Below the pieces are notes generated by a model. It saw only the letters and a list, made by a program, of their open reading frames with translations, made no database searches and was not told the origin of the DNA. From contig OZ242195.1 in NCBI GenBank assembly GCA_965205975.1, positions 2,240,001 through 2,304,000 of the forward strand: a stretch of DNA of 64,000 nucleotides. The letters are read 5' to 3'. The number at the start of each line of letters is the position of its first letter. Within the stretch, counting starts at the first letter, position 1. Source of the DNA: Candidatus Latescibacterota bacterium (GTDB lineage Bacteria > Latescibacterota > UBA2968). This document shows, one piece after another, positions 48,313 to 59,209 of the stretch. The position numbers were made by a program, and so were the translations under genes.

Positions 48313-49362
48313 ATGAGCATTTCTGATCGGCCCATTTTAGGTATTGAAACATCCTGCGACGAAACTGCAGCTGCCGTGGTAGCCGATGGACATATCTATT
48401 CCAACACAATTTTTTCCCAAACAGAACACAGCCTCTACGGCGGCGTGGTGCCCGAATTGGCATCTCGCAACCACATACGAACACTCCTGCCCATCGTCGA
48501 TCGGGCACTTTCAGAAGCCGACCTGAAACTGGACGACTTAGGTGGTATTGCTGTGACACAGGGGCCAGGATTGGTGGGTTGCCTGCTTGTGGGCATTTCC
48601 GTGGGCAAAGGGCTTGCACTGGGTTCGGGGCTACCCCTCGTAGGTGTGCATCACATAGAAGGACATTTATTTGCAGGCAGTATGGCACATCCCGACCTGG
48701 TGCCGCCTTTTATGGCCCTGGTGGTTTCAGGAGGGCATACGGAATTGATTTATGTCTGTGCATGGGGTAATTACGAGCGCTGGGGACGCACGCGCGACGA
48801 TGCCGCAGGTGAAGCATTTGATAAAGTGGCTAAAATACTGGGACTATTGCGCGAGGGGGAGGTCACCATGGGCGGACCGCGCATTTCGATGCTCGCAGAA
48901 GAGGGAAACCCCGAAGCCTTTGATTTTCCGCGTGCGTTGATCAACAATCCGGGATTTGATTTTAGTTTTAGCGGATTAAAAACGTCTGTACTCTATCGGA
49001 TTCGCGATCTCGCCGTAGAGAATATTGAAGCTATCGGAGCAAATATTGCGGCGAGTTTTCAGGCGGCTGTAGTCGATGTATTGGTGGATAAGACACTCAG
49101 GGCCGCGCGAGAAGCAGGTACAGAGCGGGTATTGCTTTCGGGTGGTGTGGCCGCCAATCGCGCGCTGCGAGCACAACTCGATGATGATGCTTCCAAACTC
49201 GGGATGGGTGTATTTTATCCGCCGACGGCCCTGTGTACAGACAATGCGGCGATGATTGCTGGCGCAGGTGCTTTTCGCCTGGCCCGAGGTGAAATTGCCA
49301 GGGGTAATTTGAATGCGGCCCCGCGGTTGCCACTGCCTGGACTGCGCGAGCGGCAGGTATAA
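48313..49362 (+). CDS. tsaD: tRNA N6-threonylcarbamoyltransferase
   Basis: LGIETSCDET, GGVVPELASRNH, HHIEGH, VSGGHT, DDAAGEAFDK, CTDNAAMI. Confidence 0.97.
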   Translation: MSISDRPILGIETSCDETAAAVVADGHIYSNTIFSQTEHSLYGGVVPELASRNHIRTLLPIVDRALSEADLKLDDLGGIAVTQGPGLVGCLLVGISVGKGLALGSGLPLVGVHHIEGHLFAGSMAHPDLVPPFMALVVSGGHTELIYVCAWGNYERWGRTRDDAAGEAFDKVAKILGLLREGEVTMGGPRISMLAEEGNPEAFDFPRALINNPGFDFSFSGLKTSVLYRIRDLAVENIEAIGANIAASFQAAVVDVLVDKTLRAAREAGTERVLLSGGVAANRALRAQLDDDASKLGMGVFYPPTALCTDNAAMIAGAGAFRLARGEIARGNLNAAPRLPLPGLRERQV

Positions 49363-49364
49363 CA

Positions 49365-51503
49365 ATGCTGCGCGATATTGGGTTTTCCATCTCAGACGGA
49401 TGGCTGCTATTACTCGTTGGCTGCGCCGGAATTTATCTCGCTTTTTTAATGTATCGCTCGCGCCTTACGGGCATACATCAATTGTTGTTGAGCTTACGCG
49501 TCGCGGCACTCGTTTTGTTAATTGGCCTTTTAATAGAGCCGATTCTTGCGCTGACGTTGCACACGCAGCGTTTGCCCTTAGTCGCCGTGCTCATCGACGA
49601 CAGCGAAAGCATGAAAATTGCAGATGGCGATACCGCGCGTTTTGAAGTTGCAAAAGCCGTGCTGGACGATCCCACACTCAAAAATTTGCGTGCGCGAGTG
49701 ACTCAGTTTCGGTTTTCCGATGTTTTAACGCCCCTGCGAGATAAAGAAGAACTTACCTGGGCGGGGCGAGCGACTGATCTGGCAGGTGCATTAGATGGGT
49801 TGCGCGAACGTACAATGGGTGAAGGGCTTGCTGCCGTAGTGCTCATCTCAGACGGCGGACAAAATTTGGGTGGACGCCCCGAGCGGGCAGCGGTCGATCT
49901 GGGCGCGCCTGTGCTCGCGGTGGGAACAGGTGACCCGGTTCCCCCGAAAGACGTGTCCATTGTATCGGTGGTTATTGATCCTCTGGGCTATGTGGGCAGG
50001 TCGCTTGTGATGCAAGTCCGCGTGCTTTCTTCCGGATTTGAACGGGTGCGCGAGCAGGTGCGCGTGCTCTTGGATAATCGGGAAGTAAGTGCCCAAACCA
50101 TTGCGCTGTCCGATGGCGAACAGACCCTTGAATTTGAGATCAGCCCCGAGCGATCCGGGCGGCATGCATTTTCAGTACAGATTGCGGCACAGACAGGCGA
50201 GCGCACAGTGGGCAACAACCGCGTAGTGGCCTCGACAGATGTGCTCGAAAGTCGCGTGCGAATTTTAATACTTGCGGGCAGTCCGAGTGCCGATCTGGGC
50301 TATTTGCGGCGCGTGCTGCAGGAAGATGTCAATCTGGAACTTGAAGTGCTGGTACGCACATTGACGGCCGGGTGGGAAAAAGACGTGCATCGCGCGCTGC
50401 GCTCATTGGACGAGCGCGATATTGTCGTGTTGATCAACTCTCCCTACGAAGTACTTGCAGGTATGCCTGAGCAGACACTTGTCGCCTTTGTGCAAAAAGG
50501 CGGGGGACTGTTGACCCTGGGGGGCAATGCCGCTTTTGGTGATGGATATGCGCGCTCGGCATTGGCCGATGTTTTGCCCGTGCAGTTTTTGGGATCGTCA
50601 GACACATTTCAAGAACGCGCCTTTGCCCTTTCGTTTCCCGATTCTCGCCACCCCATCTTGCGCGTATCCGACGATCCACTAAGCGACCGCGATGCCTGGG
50701 AGGCATTGCCGCCACTACTGTCTTATAATCGCGTGGGAACTGCTGTTTCCAACGCAACTGTGTTAGCGCATCATCCCACAGAGCGCGTTGATGGTAAACC
50801 GATGCCCGTACTGGCAATTCGCCGCGTAGGCGCAGGAAAAACCGCGACTGTAGCGTATCATACATTTTGGCGTCACGGGCTAATGATGTGGGGCGACGGC
50901 AAGACCGATGCCGTGGCACGCGCATTTTGGAAAAATATGGTGCGCTGGCTGGTCACGCGCGACGAGGTCTCACGTCTAAAAATCACGACTGAAAAGCCCA
51001 CGTATCGAAGCGGTGAGGCAGTCGCGGTACATGCAAGCGTTTTTGACCGTCTATTGCAGCCGCGTCCAGGTGCGCGGGTTCTCGCGCGAGTCGGCGACAG
51101 CCTGGGTGTAAGAGAAGTTCTCCTGCGTGATTTGGGCGGTGGACGGTATGCTGGCAATTTGGGGCGTTTTCCACAAGGCGATTATGAGCTTCAGGTACAG
51201 GCACGGGCCGATGATGGTGATCTGGGTACGGGTATGGGGCGTTTTACTGTGGGAAGATACAGCCTGGAATACGAAACCGTGCGCATGCGTGCCGAACTGC
51301 TCGGCGATATTGCGACGCGCAGTGGCGGGCAATATGTGAGACCGGGTGATCTGAAGACCGCGCTCGATTCGCTTATTCTGGCTCCTGAGCCTGTTATCAC
51401 CCATCACCGGTTCATGTTGTGGGGGCATGAGTGGCCGCTATTTTTGCTAGTGGGGCTGCTGGTATTTGAATGGACTATTCGACGAAGATTGGGGATGGTA
51501 TAA
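49365..51503 (+). CDS. Membrane protein with vWA-like and GATase1-like domains
   Basis: N-terminal TMs, LIDDSESM, VLISDG, FVQKGGGLLTLGG, C-terminal EWTIRRRLGM. Confidence 0.7.
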   Translation: MLRDIGFSISDGWLLLLVGCAGIYLAFLMYRSRLTGIHQLLLSLRVAALVLLIGLLIEPILALTLHTQRLPLVAVLIDDSESMKIADGDTARFEVAKAVLDDPTLKNLRARVTQFRFSDVLTPLRDKEELTWAGRATDLAGALDGLRERTMGEGLAAVVLISDGGQNLGGRPERAAVDLGAPVLAVGTGDPVPPKDVSIVSVVIDPLGYVGRSLVMQVRVLSSGFERVREQVRVLLDNREVSAQTIALSDGEQTLEFEISPERSGRHAFSVQIAAQTGERTVGNNRVVASTDVLESRVRILILAGSPSADLGYLRRVLQEDVNLELEVLVRTLTAGWEKDVHRALRSLDERDIVVLINSPYEVLAGMPEQTLVAFVQKGGGLLTLGGNAAFGDGYARSALADVLPVQFLGSSDTFQERAFALSFPDSRHPILRVSDDPLSDRDAWEALPPLLSYNRVGTAVSNATVLAHHPTERVDGKPMPVLAIRRVGAGKTATVAYHTFWRHGLMMWGDGKTDAVARAFWKNMVRWLVTRDEVSRLKITTEKPTYRSGEAVAVHASVFDRLLQPRPGARVLARVGDSLGVREVLLRDLGGGRYAGNLGRFPQGDYELQVQARADDGDLGTGMGRFTVGRYSLEYETVRMRAELLGDIATRSGGQYVRPGDLKTALDSLILAPEPVITHHRFMLWGHEWPLFLLVGLLVFEWTIRRRLGMV

Positions 51504-52360
51504 TGGATAGAATACAAAATTTGGTAAACAAAATGTACTCAGTAGTTCTCGCATTGTTTTGTTATACGACCCTGCTGACCGTGGAAGTCTCCGCACAGGT
51601 GGTGATCAACGAAGTGATGGCACGACCTGTCAATGGATCAGAGTGGGTCGAGCTGTACAATCGCTCGTCAGACGCAGTTCATCTATCCGGGTGGACGCTA
51701 TCCGATTTGCGAACAACGGGACAATTTAAAGCAAGTGCAGTTATTGGTGGCGGAGGATATGTGATCGTCGCAGAAGATGCAGATGCTATTGGTCTGCAAT
51801 TCCCCAACCTCGATGTTCCCATATTGTCGCTTACCCGCTGGCCCCGGCTAAATAATGGAGGCGATGGCCTCATTTTGCGCGATGCGATGGCAACACTTGT
51901 CGATAGCATCTTTTATCCAGCACAAGAGGCTTCTATAAGTCTGGAACGCATTGATCTCACTGTAGCAGGTGATCAGGACAACTGGCTCGACAGCCAGGAT
52001 CCGCGGGGGGCGACCCCTGGGGCTGCAAATAGCGTTCAGTTTAACGACGACATAGCGGAGTTATCTGTGGCGGTTGCCCCCAATCCCTTTGTCGATCAAG
52101 TCGCCATTACATATCGGGTGCCCTCCCCCAGACTCCACGCAAATTTGTGGGTGTTTGATCGCACGGGGAGGCGCGTGGCATCCTTACTTGAAAGTGTTGG
52201 AAGTGGCAGTCAGCGCGTTGTAAATTGGGATGGGAGCAACGATAATGGACAAATTTTGAAGCCCGGTATTTATGTTATCTACCTGGAAGTTGGCACGCCA
52301 GAAGGCAAATTATTCCGCACCCGAAAGCCTGTGGTGCTGGCAAGAGGAATCAGTCAATAA
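51503..52360 (+). CDS. Lamin-tail domain / FlgD-Ig exported protein
   Basis: VVINEVM, EWVELYN, LNNGGD, TPGAANS, PNPF, WDG....G..LKPGIY. Confidence 0.8.
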   Translation: MDRIQNLVNKMYSVVLALFCYTTLLTVEVSAQVVINEVMARPVNGSEWVELYNRSSDAVHLSGWTLSDLRTTGQFKASAVIGGGGYVIVAEDADAIGLQFPNLDVPILSLTRWPRLNNGGDGLILRDAMATLVDSIFYPAQEASISLERIDLTVAGDQDNWLDSQDPRGATPGAANSVQFNDDIAELSVAVAPNPFVDQVAITYRVPSPRLHANLWVFDRTGRRVASLLESVGSGSQRVVNWDGSNDNGQILKPGIYVIYLEVGTPEGKLFRTRKPVVLARGISQ

Positions 52361-52415
52361 AACCGATGTCCCCACATCGGATATATTCTCCCCTTTGATG
52401 CTGTGAGGAACGGAT

Positions 52416-54938
52416 ATGGAACAGTCATCGAAGGCATTACCTGAGACACAAAAAGATCGGCTAGCATTACCCTTTCAAATTTTAGGTGTGTGCTTGATTG
52501 CTATCGCACTATTGATGGCTTTGAGCTTGCTATCGCACTCGCCAGAGGACCCGCCCAATTCGACGCGCCCCAACGAGTTGGCACAAAATCTGGTCGGATG
52601 GCTCGGCGCACACGTCTCCTACCACTTGCTATTTAGCGTGGGCTATGGTGCTTACGCACTGATAGTGTTGGCAGTTGTGTGGGGATGGAACCACCTCAGG
52701 ATGTCGAGCGTCAGATCGCTTGTGATGTACAGTGTCATCCTGTTTTCACTAATGGTGATCTACTGTGGCGCGACAGGCGTGCTTTTTTGGGAGAGGCCCA
52801 CAATGGCCTGGAAATTGGGAGGTTGGCTGGGCTTTATGCTATCGTCTTCCCTGCTGGTCCCCTATTTAGGTGCTGTTGGTTCTTATATTTCTTTGGTAAC
52901 GCTATTTGTGGTGTTGTTAATGGTTGCCACCGATAGTCCGTTTAACCGAATTCCCGAATGGACTTTTTTCAAAAAGCGTGAGGAGAAATCCGACAATAAC
53001 GGGATACCGCCCGAAGCGGTACAAGTTGAGGATACCGATCAAATCGAGGACACCGATCAAAAAAAAAATATAATTGAAGAAGAAATTGTTGCCGATCCCA
53101 TTTTAAATAATTGGGAAAAGGATGAATTGACCGAGGTACCCAAATCCGATATCTCCGATGACATTGATGAATTATTAGAGAAGCACACAAGAGAGACAGT
53201 TGCTGACCCCATTCCAGATATAGCACAGGTTGAGAAAGAAGAAGACGAATTGGTCGAGGTGCCCAAACCTGAGATCGCCGATGACAAGTCAGAAAAGCGC
53301 GAAGAAAAAGAAGAGATTGTTGCTGACCCTATTCCAGATGTGGCACGGGTTGAGCGGGAAGAAGACAAATTACCTGAGGTGGAATTTGAAATAGTAGATG
53401 AAACGCCAGAGCCAGAACCAGAACCTGTTCCGTCAAAACCCAAAAAGAAAAAGAAAATCGTGCGCAAGCGATCTTCGACATATCTGTTACCCAATTTGAA
53501 GCTGCTGGAAGATCCCCCTCCGGGTGATGGGATTATAGACCGCGAAACCCTGTTAAAAGGGGCACAGGCGTTGGAACAAAGCCTGAGCAATTTTGGCGTT
53601 CAGGGCAAAGTGGTACAAGTCAACCCTGGGCCTGTTATTACGACATACGAAGTTGCGCCTCCCCCAGGCGTGAAAGTCAGCAAAATTGTCGGTCTTGCAG
53701 ACGATCTCGCCCTCGTGATGAAAGCGCAGAGCATTCGCATTCAGGCTCCCATTCCCGGCAAGGCTGCGGTTGGTATTGAAGTGCCCAATCCAGAACCTTA
53801 TACAGTCTTATTAAAAGAAATTTTGGAATCGCGCGCATTTGAGCAGTCCGATTCAAAATTGATGCTCGGGTTCGGCAAAACTGCTTCGGGTGACCCCTAT
53901 TGTGCCGATCTGGCAAAAATGCCGCATTTGTTAATTGCCGGCGCGACCGGGGCTGGTAAATCGGGGTGTATCAATGCGTTGATTTCCAGTATTTTGTTCC
54001 GCTGCACGCCAGAAGAAGTGCGTTTTATTATGGTGGATCCCAAAATGCTGGAATTATCAATTTACAACGATATTCCACATCTCTTAGCCCCTGTTGTCGT
54101 CGATCCCAAAATGGCGTCGGGTGCGCTCAAGTGGGCGGTGTCAGAGATGGAAAACCGATATCGCACGATGGCGCAGTTTACAGCGCGCAATATTACTGAT
54201 TTTAATGCCAAGATGGCGCGGCTGCGACAGGAAGCACCCACCGAGGAAGACCGCGACGAGATTCCCGATGCCTTGCCCTATATTGTCGTGGTGATCGATG
54301 AATTGGCCGATTTGATGATGACTGCACCGAGCGATATTGAAAGCTCACTGGCGCGATTGGCACAAATGGCCCGCGCTGTGGGTATCCATCTCATCATTGC
54401 AACCCAGCGTCCTTCAGTAAATGTGATTACTGGTACAATCAAAGCCAATTTCCCAACGCGTATTGCATTTCGCGTGGCGTCCAAGGTCGATTCGCGCACG
54501 ATTATTGACGCCAATGGCGGTGAAAAACTCCTGGGTCGAGGTGATATGCTATTCTTGCCTCCTGGACAACCAGAACCCATTCGCCTTCACGGGGCGTGGA
54601 TCGATACTGAAGAAACCGAACAATTAGTGGCCTGGGTGCGCGATCAGGGCGTCGAACTCGATGGCGTTGAATTTGAGGGTGAAAATAGCGATCTTTCTGT
54701 TGCAGATAACGAGCGCGATGCCCGGTTTGACGAGGCATTGCGATTGGTGGTTATTCATCAACAGGGTTCCGCTTCTCTCCTGCAGCGCCGGATGAAGGTG
54801 GGCTACTCGCGGGCCGCCCGCCTTGTTGACGAACTCGAAGCCGCCGGGATTGTTGGTCCGCCCAATGGGTCGAGCAAGGGGCGCGAAGTCCTCGTTGACG
54901 AAGATTATTTAGAGGAACTCGAGGAGTTAGATGTATGA
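52416..54938 (+). CDS. ftsK: DNA translocase FtsK
   Basis: 4TM N-terminus, PHLLIAGATGAGKS, IDELADLMM, ATQRPS, gamma domain SASLLQRRMKVGYSRAARL. Confidence 0.96.
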   Translation: MEQSSKALPETQKDRLALPFQILGVCLIAIALLMALSLLSHSPEDPPNSTRPNELAQNLVGWLGAHVSYHLLFSVGYGAYALIVLAVVWGWNHLRMSSVRSLVMYSVILFSLMVIYCGATGVLFWERPTMAWKLGGWLGFMLSSSLLVPYLGAVGSYISLVTLFVVLLMVATDSPFNRIPEWTFFKKREEKSDNNGIPPEAVQVEDTDQIEDTDQKKNIIEEEIVADPILNNWEKDELTEVPKSDISDDIDELLEKHTRETVADPIPDIAQVEKEEDELVEVPKPEIADDKSEKREEKEEIVADPIPDVARVEREEDKLPEVEFEIVDETPEPEPEPVPSKPKKKKKIVRKRSSTYLLPNLKLLEDPPPGDGIIDRETLLKGAQALEQSLSNFGVQGKVVQVNPGPVITTYEVAPPPGVKVSKIVGLADDLALVMKAQSIRIQAPIPGKAAVGIEVPNPEPYTVLLKEILESRAFEQSDSKLMLGFGKTASGDPYCADLAKMPHLLIAGATGAGKSGCINALISSILFRCTPEEVRFIMVDPKMLELSIYNDIPHLLAPVVVDPKMASGALKWAVSEMENRYRTMAQFTARNITDFNAKMARLRQEAPTEEDRDEIPDALPYIVVVIDELADLMMTAPSDIESSLARLAQMARAVGIHLIIATQRPSVNVITGTIKANFPTRIAFRVASKVDSRTIIDANGGEKLLGRGDMLFLPPGQPEPIRLHGAWIDTEETEQLVAWVRDQGVELDGVEFEGENSDLSVADNERDARFDEALRLVVIHQQGSASLLQRRMKVGYSRAARLVDELEAAGIVGPPNGSSKGREVLVDEDYLEELEELDV

Positions 54939-55615
54939 TGAGTGAAAAGTACCACAGGCGCAACCTGCATACGTTTCTCGCCATTCTCGGTATTTTATTT
55001 TACACGGGAACTGTGCAGGCCGATACGCGCGGCTCAGAGGTAGTCGAGAAATTGCAAAAAAAATTTGCGGATCTCGAGACGCTTTCCGCTCACTTTGTCA
55101 AGCAACACTACTGGCGCGTGATGGACCAGCACCAAGAAGTCAAAGGCAAGTTGCTGGTTCAGCGCCCCGATCAGTTTCGAATGGATTCGGATGTACAGGT
55201 AGTGGTGAGCGATGGCAAAACCGTGTGGCATTACGCGCCTGCCAATGCCCAGGTGCTGGTGAGCGATTACACCGCGATGGAAAATGATCGAAACTATGAA
55301 AAATTGTTATTTGATCTGATTTTTTGGGGTGGGTACGACGAAAATTATGTGCCTGTTTATGTGGGCGAAGAAAAGATACATCGCAAAACGTGTTACGCGG
55401 TTGATCTATTGGCAAAAAAAGAAGATACGTATATCCATAAAATTCGCCTGTGGATAGACAAACGCCTCTATCTGGTACGGCAGGTAGAATATCGCAATAT
55501 CCACGAAGATGTGACAACATTTGTGTTGTCGGACTTAAAAGTCAATAAAAAAGCCAGGCCCGATCAATTTACATTTCACATACCCAGCGGAGTGGAATTG
55601 ATCGATTTGCGTTGA
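54935..55615 (+). CDS. lolA: Outer-membrane lipoprotein carrier LolA-like
   Basis: Signal peptide, GKLLVQRPDQFR, VVSDGKTVWHY, FTFHIPSGVELID. Follows ftsK. Confidence 0.85.
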   Translation: MMSEKYHRRNLHTFLAILGILFYTGTVQADTRGSEVVEKLQKKFADLETLSAHFVKQHYWRVMDQHQEVKGKLLVQRPDQFRMDSDVQVVVSDGKTVWHYAPANAQVLVSDYTAMENDRNYEKLLFDLIFWGGYDENYVPVYVGEEKIHRKTCYAVDLLAKKEDTYIHKIRLWIDKRLYLVRQVEYRNIHEDVTTFVLSDLKVNKKARPDQFTFHIPSGVELIDLR

Positions 55616-55651
55616 TATGTCGTTATGAATACAATGGGAAAGGAACAAATA

Positions 55652-56768
55652 ATGGCTGTGGAAATTCAGGTGCGCGAACTACAAGACGCACTATCCGATT
55701 ATATCGCACGCGTGGATAAGCTCGGGAGGTATCTTTGACCTCGATCAAAGACGGGTCAAAATTGCCGAATTTGAAAAACTAATGGAAGCACCAGATTTCT
55801 GGAATGACCGCGAAAATGCACAGCAGATTATCGATGCCTGCAATGCGGAGAAATACTGGGTTGAAAGTTGGGAAAATTTAAATGCACAAGCGGACGATCT
55901 GGACGTGCTTTTTCAATTGGCATACGAAGAAGGCGATGCCGAATCTCTATCGGAAGTCGCCGCCGAATTGCCCGATGTTGGCGCAGCTTTAGACGCACTT
56001 GAATTGCAGCACATGTTGGGCGATCGAGAAGATCGCAATGACGCGATATTGACCATTCACCCAGGTGCTGGGGGTACTGAAGCGGCAGATTGGGCGCAAA
56101 TGTTGATGCGTATGTACACGCGATGGGCAGAGCGGCGCGGGTTTCAAACCAATGTCCTGGATACGCTTCCAGGCGAAACAGCAGGGATTAAGAGTGCGAC
56201 AATTGAAGTGAAGGGCGATTACGCTTTTGGCTATCTCAAGTCCGAATCAGGCGTACACAGATTGGTGCGAATTTCGCCTTATGATTCCAACAATCGTCGC
56301 CACACATCATTTGCATCTGTTTTTGTCTATCCCGACGCCGAAGGCGATATCGAGGTGGAGATTAATCCCAATGATTTGAAAGTAGATACCTATCGCGCTG
56401 GGGGTGCCGGAGGACAACACGTGAACAAAACCGATTCAGCAGTGCGTATTACCCACGAACCCACGGGGATTGTGGTGCAATGCCAGAACGAGCGTTCTCA
56501 GCACAAGAACCGCAATACGGCCCTGAAAATTCTCAAGGCGCGATTGTATCAACACATGCGGGAAGAAGAAGACAAAAAGCGTGCCGAACTCGAAAGCACC
56601 AAAAAGCGCATTGAATGGGGTAGTCAAATCCGCAATTACGTTTTCCAGCCCTATCAGATGGTAAAAGACGCGCGAACAGGCTTTGAGACATCGGATGTTT
56701 CGGGAGTTATAGATGGCGATCTCGACCCGTTTATCCGCGCGTATTTACTGACGTCGGACTCCACGTGA
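55652..56768 (+). CDS. prfB: Peptide chain release factor 2 (programmed +1 frameshift at 55733-55739)
   Basis: GGGAGG TAT CTT TGA C slippery site. GVHRLVRISPY, GGQHVN, WGSQIR. Confidence 0.96.
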
Positions 56769-56894
56769 ACTGAGTTTTAAGCGGTGATCGCAAGTGGGCA
56801 ACGCGCTTGACTTGAATATACATATTGGTTATAGTTTTATGACCTTCATAACGTTTAATCTTATAGATATTAGAGGGGTTGGGAGGCTTCTGTC

Positions 56895-58427
56895 TTGACT
56901 CGGGTTGTGGGACAAACGCCAGAATCTCAATTAATCGAACAGCGCCTGCAAAAACTCGACACCATTCGGGATTTGGGCATTGAGCCTTATCCGTATCGCT
57001 TTGAGCCTACGCACTATTCTGTGGATATTGTCGCGTCTTTTGATGCACTGAGCGCATCGGACGACGAGGTGCGGGTTGCCGGTCGATTGATTGTTACGCG
57101 TGGTCATGGAAAAGCGGCCTTTGCCGATTTGCGGGATGCCGTGGGCCGGCTTCAAATTTATGTGCGGCTCGACAATGTTGGCGATGATGCTTTCGCGCTG
57201 TGGAAATTGCTGGATATCGGTGATTTTATCGGCGTATCTGGCCCGGTTTTTAAGACCCGCACGGGGCAAATATCCGTTCAAGTACAAACGATCGTGTTGT
57301 TGACCAAAGCCATTCGTCCGCTGCCCGTCCCAAAAGAAGAAATACGCGATGGCAAGCGCGTTGTACACGATCAATTTAGCGACAAAGAACTGAGATATCG
57401 CCGTCGTTATCTGGACCTGGCGCTTAACCCCGATGTGCAGGCGGTGTTTCGCAAGCGTAGCGCAGTCGTATCTGCAATGCGCGAGTTTTTAGATGCACGC
57501 GGTTTTCTCGAAGTCGAGACACCGGTGTTGCAGCCGCTCTACGGAGGGGCTTCAGCCCGTCCTTTTGTCACACATCACAACGTGCTGGACATGCCGCTGT
57601 ATCTGCGGATATCCGATGAATTATATCTCAAGCGCTTGATCGTAGGCGGGCTTGAGCGAGTTTATGAGATCGGCAAAAATTTTCGCAATGAAGGCATTGA
57701 CCGAACTCATAACCCCGAGTTTTCGATGCTCGAATTGTATCAGGCTTATGCCGATTACTCAGATATGATGGCAATAGCCGAGACACTCTACGCCTTTGTG
57801 GCCGAAAAGGTGAATGGTGCAACAACACTCGAATATCAGGGACAAAAAATTGATCTTACCCCTCCCTGGCCGCGCATTCCCATGCTCGACGCCATCGAAA
57901 AATACGGCGGTATCAATGTGGCGCGTTCCTCAGATACCGACCTGCGTGCTGCATGCAATCGCTTTGATTCCGATATCGAACCGAATGCAGAGCGAGGTTT
58001 GTTGATCAACGCATTGTTCGAAGCGTGTGTCGAGCCTGAATTGATTCAACCGACCTTTATTACCGACTACCCCATTGCAGTGTCTCCCCTGGCCAAACGC
58101 CATCGGACCGAAAAAGGCCTCACCGAGCGGTTTGAAATTTTTATCAATGGTTGGGAAGCGGCCAATGCATTTTCGGAGTTAAACGATCCGATTGATCAGC
58201 GGCAACGGTTCGCCCATCAAAAAACCTTGCGCGATCGAGGCGACGACGAGGCACAAGTTCTCGACGAAGATTTTTTAATGGCACTGGAACACGGGATGCC
58301 GCCGACGGGTGGGTTGGGCATTGGTGTTGACCGGATGGTCATGTTGCTCGCAGACGCGCCTTCGATTCGAGACGCAATTCTGTTTCCGCACATGCGCCCA
58401 AAAGAGGGCCTTAACGACCATGAATAA
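56895..58427 (+). CDS. lysS: Lysyl-tRNA synthetase (class II)
   Basis: RYRRRYLDL, EVETP, FRNEG...HNPEF, GMPPTGGLGIGVDR. Confidence 0.97.
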   Translation: MTRVVGQTPESQLIEQRLQKLDTIRDLGIEPYPYRFEPTHYSVDIVASFDALSASDDEVRVAGRLIVTRGHGKAAFADLRDAVGRLQIYVRLDNVGDDAFALWKLLDIGDFIGVSGPVFKTRTGQISVQVQTIVLLTKAIRPLPVPKEEIRDGKRVVHDQFSDKELRYRRRYLDLALNPDVQAVFRKRSAVVSAMREFLDARGFLEVETPVLQPLYGGASARPFVTHHNVLDMPLYLRISDELYLKRLIVGGLERVYEIGKNFRNEGIDRTHNPEFSMLELYQAYADYSDMMAIAETLYAFVAEKVNGATTLEYQGQKIDLTPPWPRIPMLDAIEKYGGINVARSSDTDLRAACNRFDSDIEPNAERGLLINALFEACVEPELIQPTFITDYPIAVSPLAKRHRTEKGLTERFEIFINGWEAANAFSELNDPIDQRQRFAHQKTLRDRGDDEAQVLDEDFLMALEHGMPPTGGLGIGVDRMVMLLADAPSIRDAILFPHMRPKEGLNDHE

Positions 58428-59094
58428 GTTGCTTCGCGCAACAGGTATTTGCAAGCACTATGTCATGGGGGATACCCACATTGAGGTACTCAAAGGTGTT
58501 GACCTCAGAGTTGTTCGCGGCGAAATTGTAGCAGTGGTTGGGGCTTCCGGTGTTGGAAAAAGTACTTTGTTGCACATTATGGGCGGGTTAGACCATCCGG
58601 TTTCAGGGACGGTTGTCATCGATGGCGTCGATATATTTGCCCTTTCAGATACTGATCGCGCCAAATTTCGCAACCGTCAGATTGGGTTTGTTTTTCAGTT
58701 TCACCACTTATTGCGCGATTTTACCGCGCTTGAAAACGTGATGATGCCCCTGATGATTGCCGGGGTTTCGCCCGATGAAGCGCGAGCACCTGCGCAAAAA
58801 CTGCTACGGGATGTGGGTCTGGAAAAACGGCTTGCACATTTGCCTTCCGAACTTTCTGGCGGGGAAGCACAGCGCGTTGCTGTTGCGCGGGCATTGGTGA
58901 CACAACCCGCTGTTGTTCTGGCTGACGAACCTTCTGGTAATCTTGATGTCGCGCGCAGTGCAGAGCTTCACGCACTAATATGGGAACTTGCCAGAACCCG
59001 ACATCAAACGTGCATTATTGTAACACACGACCAGCATTTGGCCGCTCGCGCTGATCGGGTGGTCGAGATGGAAGACGGTCGTCTCGTTGCTTAA
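58420..59094 (+). CDS. lolD: Lipoprotein-releasing ABC ATPase LolD-like
   Basis: GASGVGKS, GFVFQFHHLL, LSGGEAQRVAVARAL, LADEPSGNLD. ATG at 58420 overlaps the lysS end. Confidence 0.85.
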   Translation: MNKLLRATGICKHYVMGDTHIEVLKGVDLRVVRGEIVAVVGASGVGKSTLLHIMGGLDHPVSGTVVIDGVDIFALSDTDRAKFRNRQIGFVFQFHHLLRDFTALENVMMPLMIAGVSPDEARAPAQKLLRDVGLEKRLAHLPSELSGGEAQRVAVARALVTQPAVVLADEPSGNLDVARSAELHALIWELARTRHQTCIIVTHDQHLAARADRVVEMEDGRLVA

Positions 59095-59209
59095 ATAACA
59101 AAGCATGTGGGACCAAAAGAAACTGTGTTGAGTTTTCCTTTATAAACTGTTATACTGGGAATCAACATCACGCTTCGTCAGATTTCTCGTTAGGCAAGAG
59201 GAGTATTCG

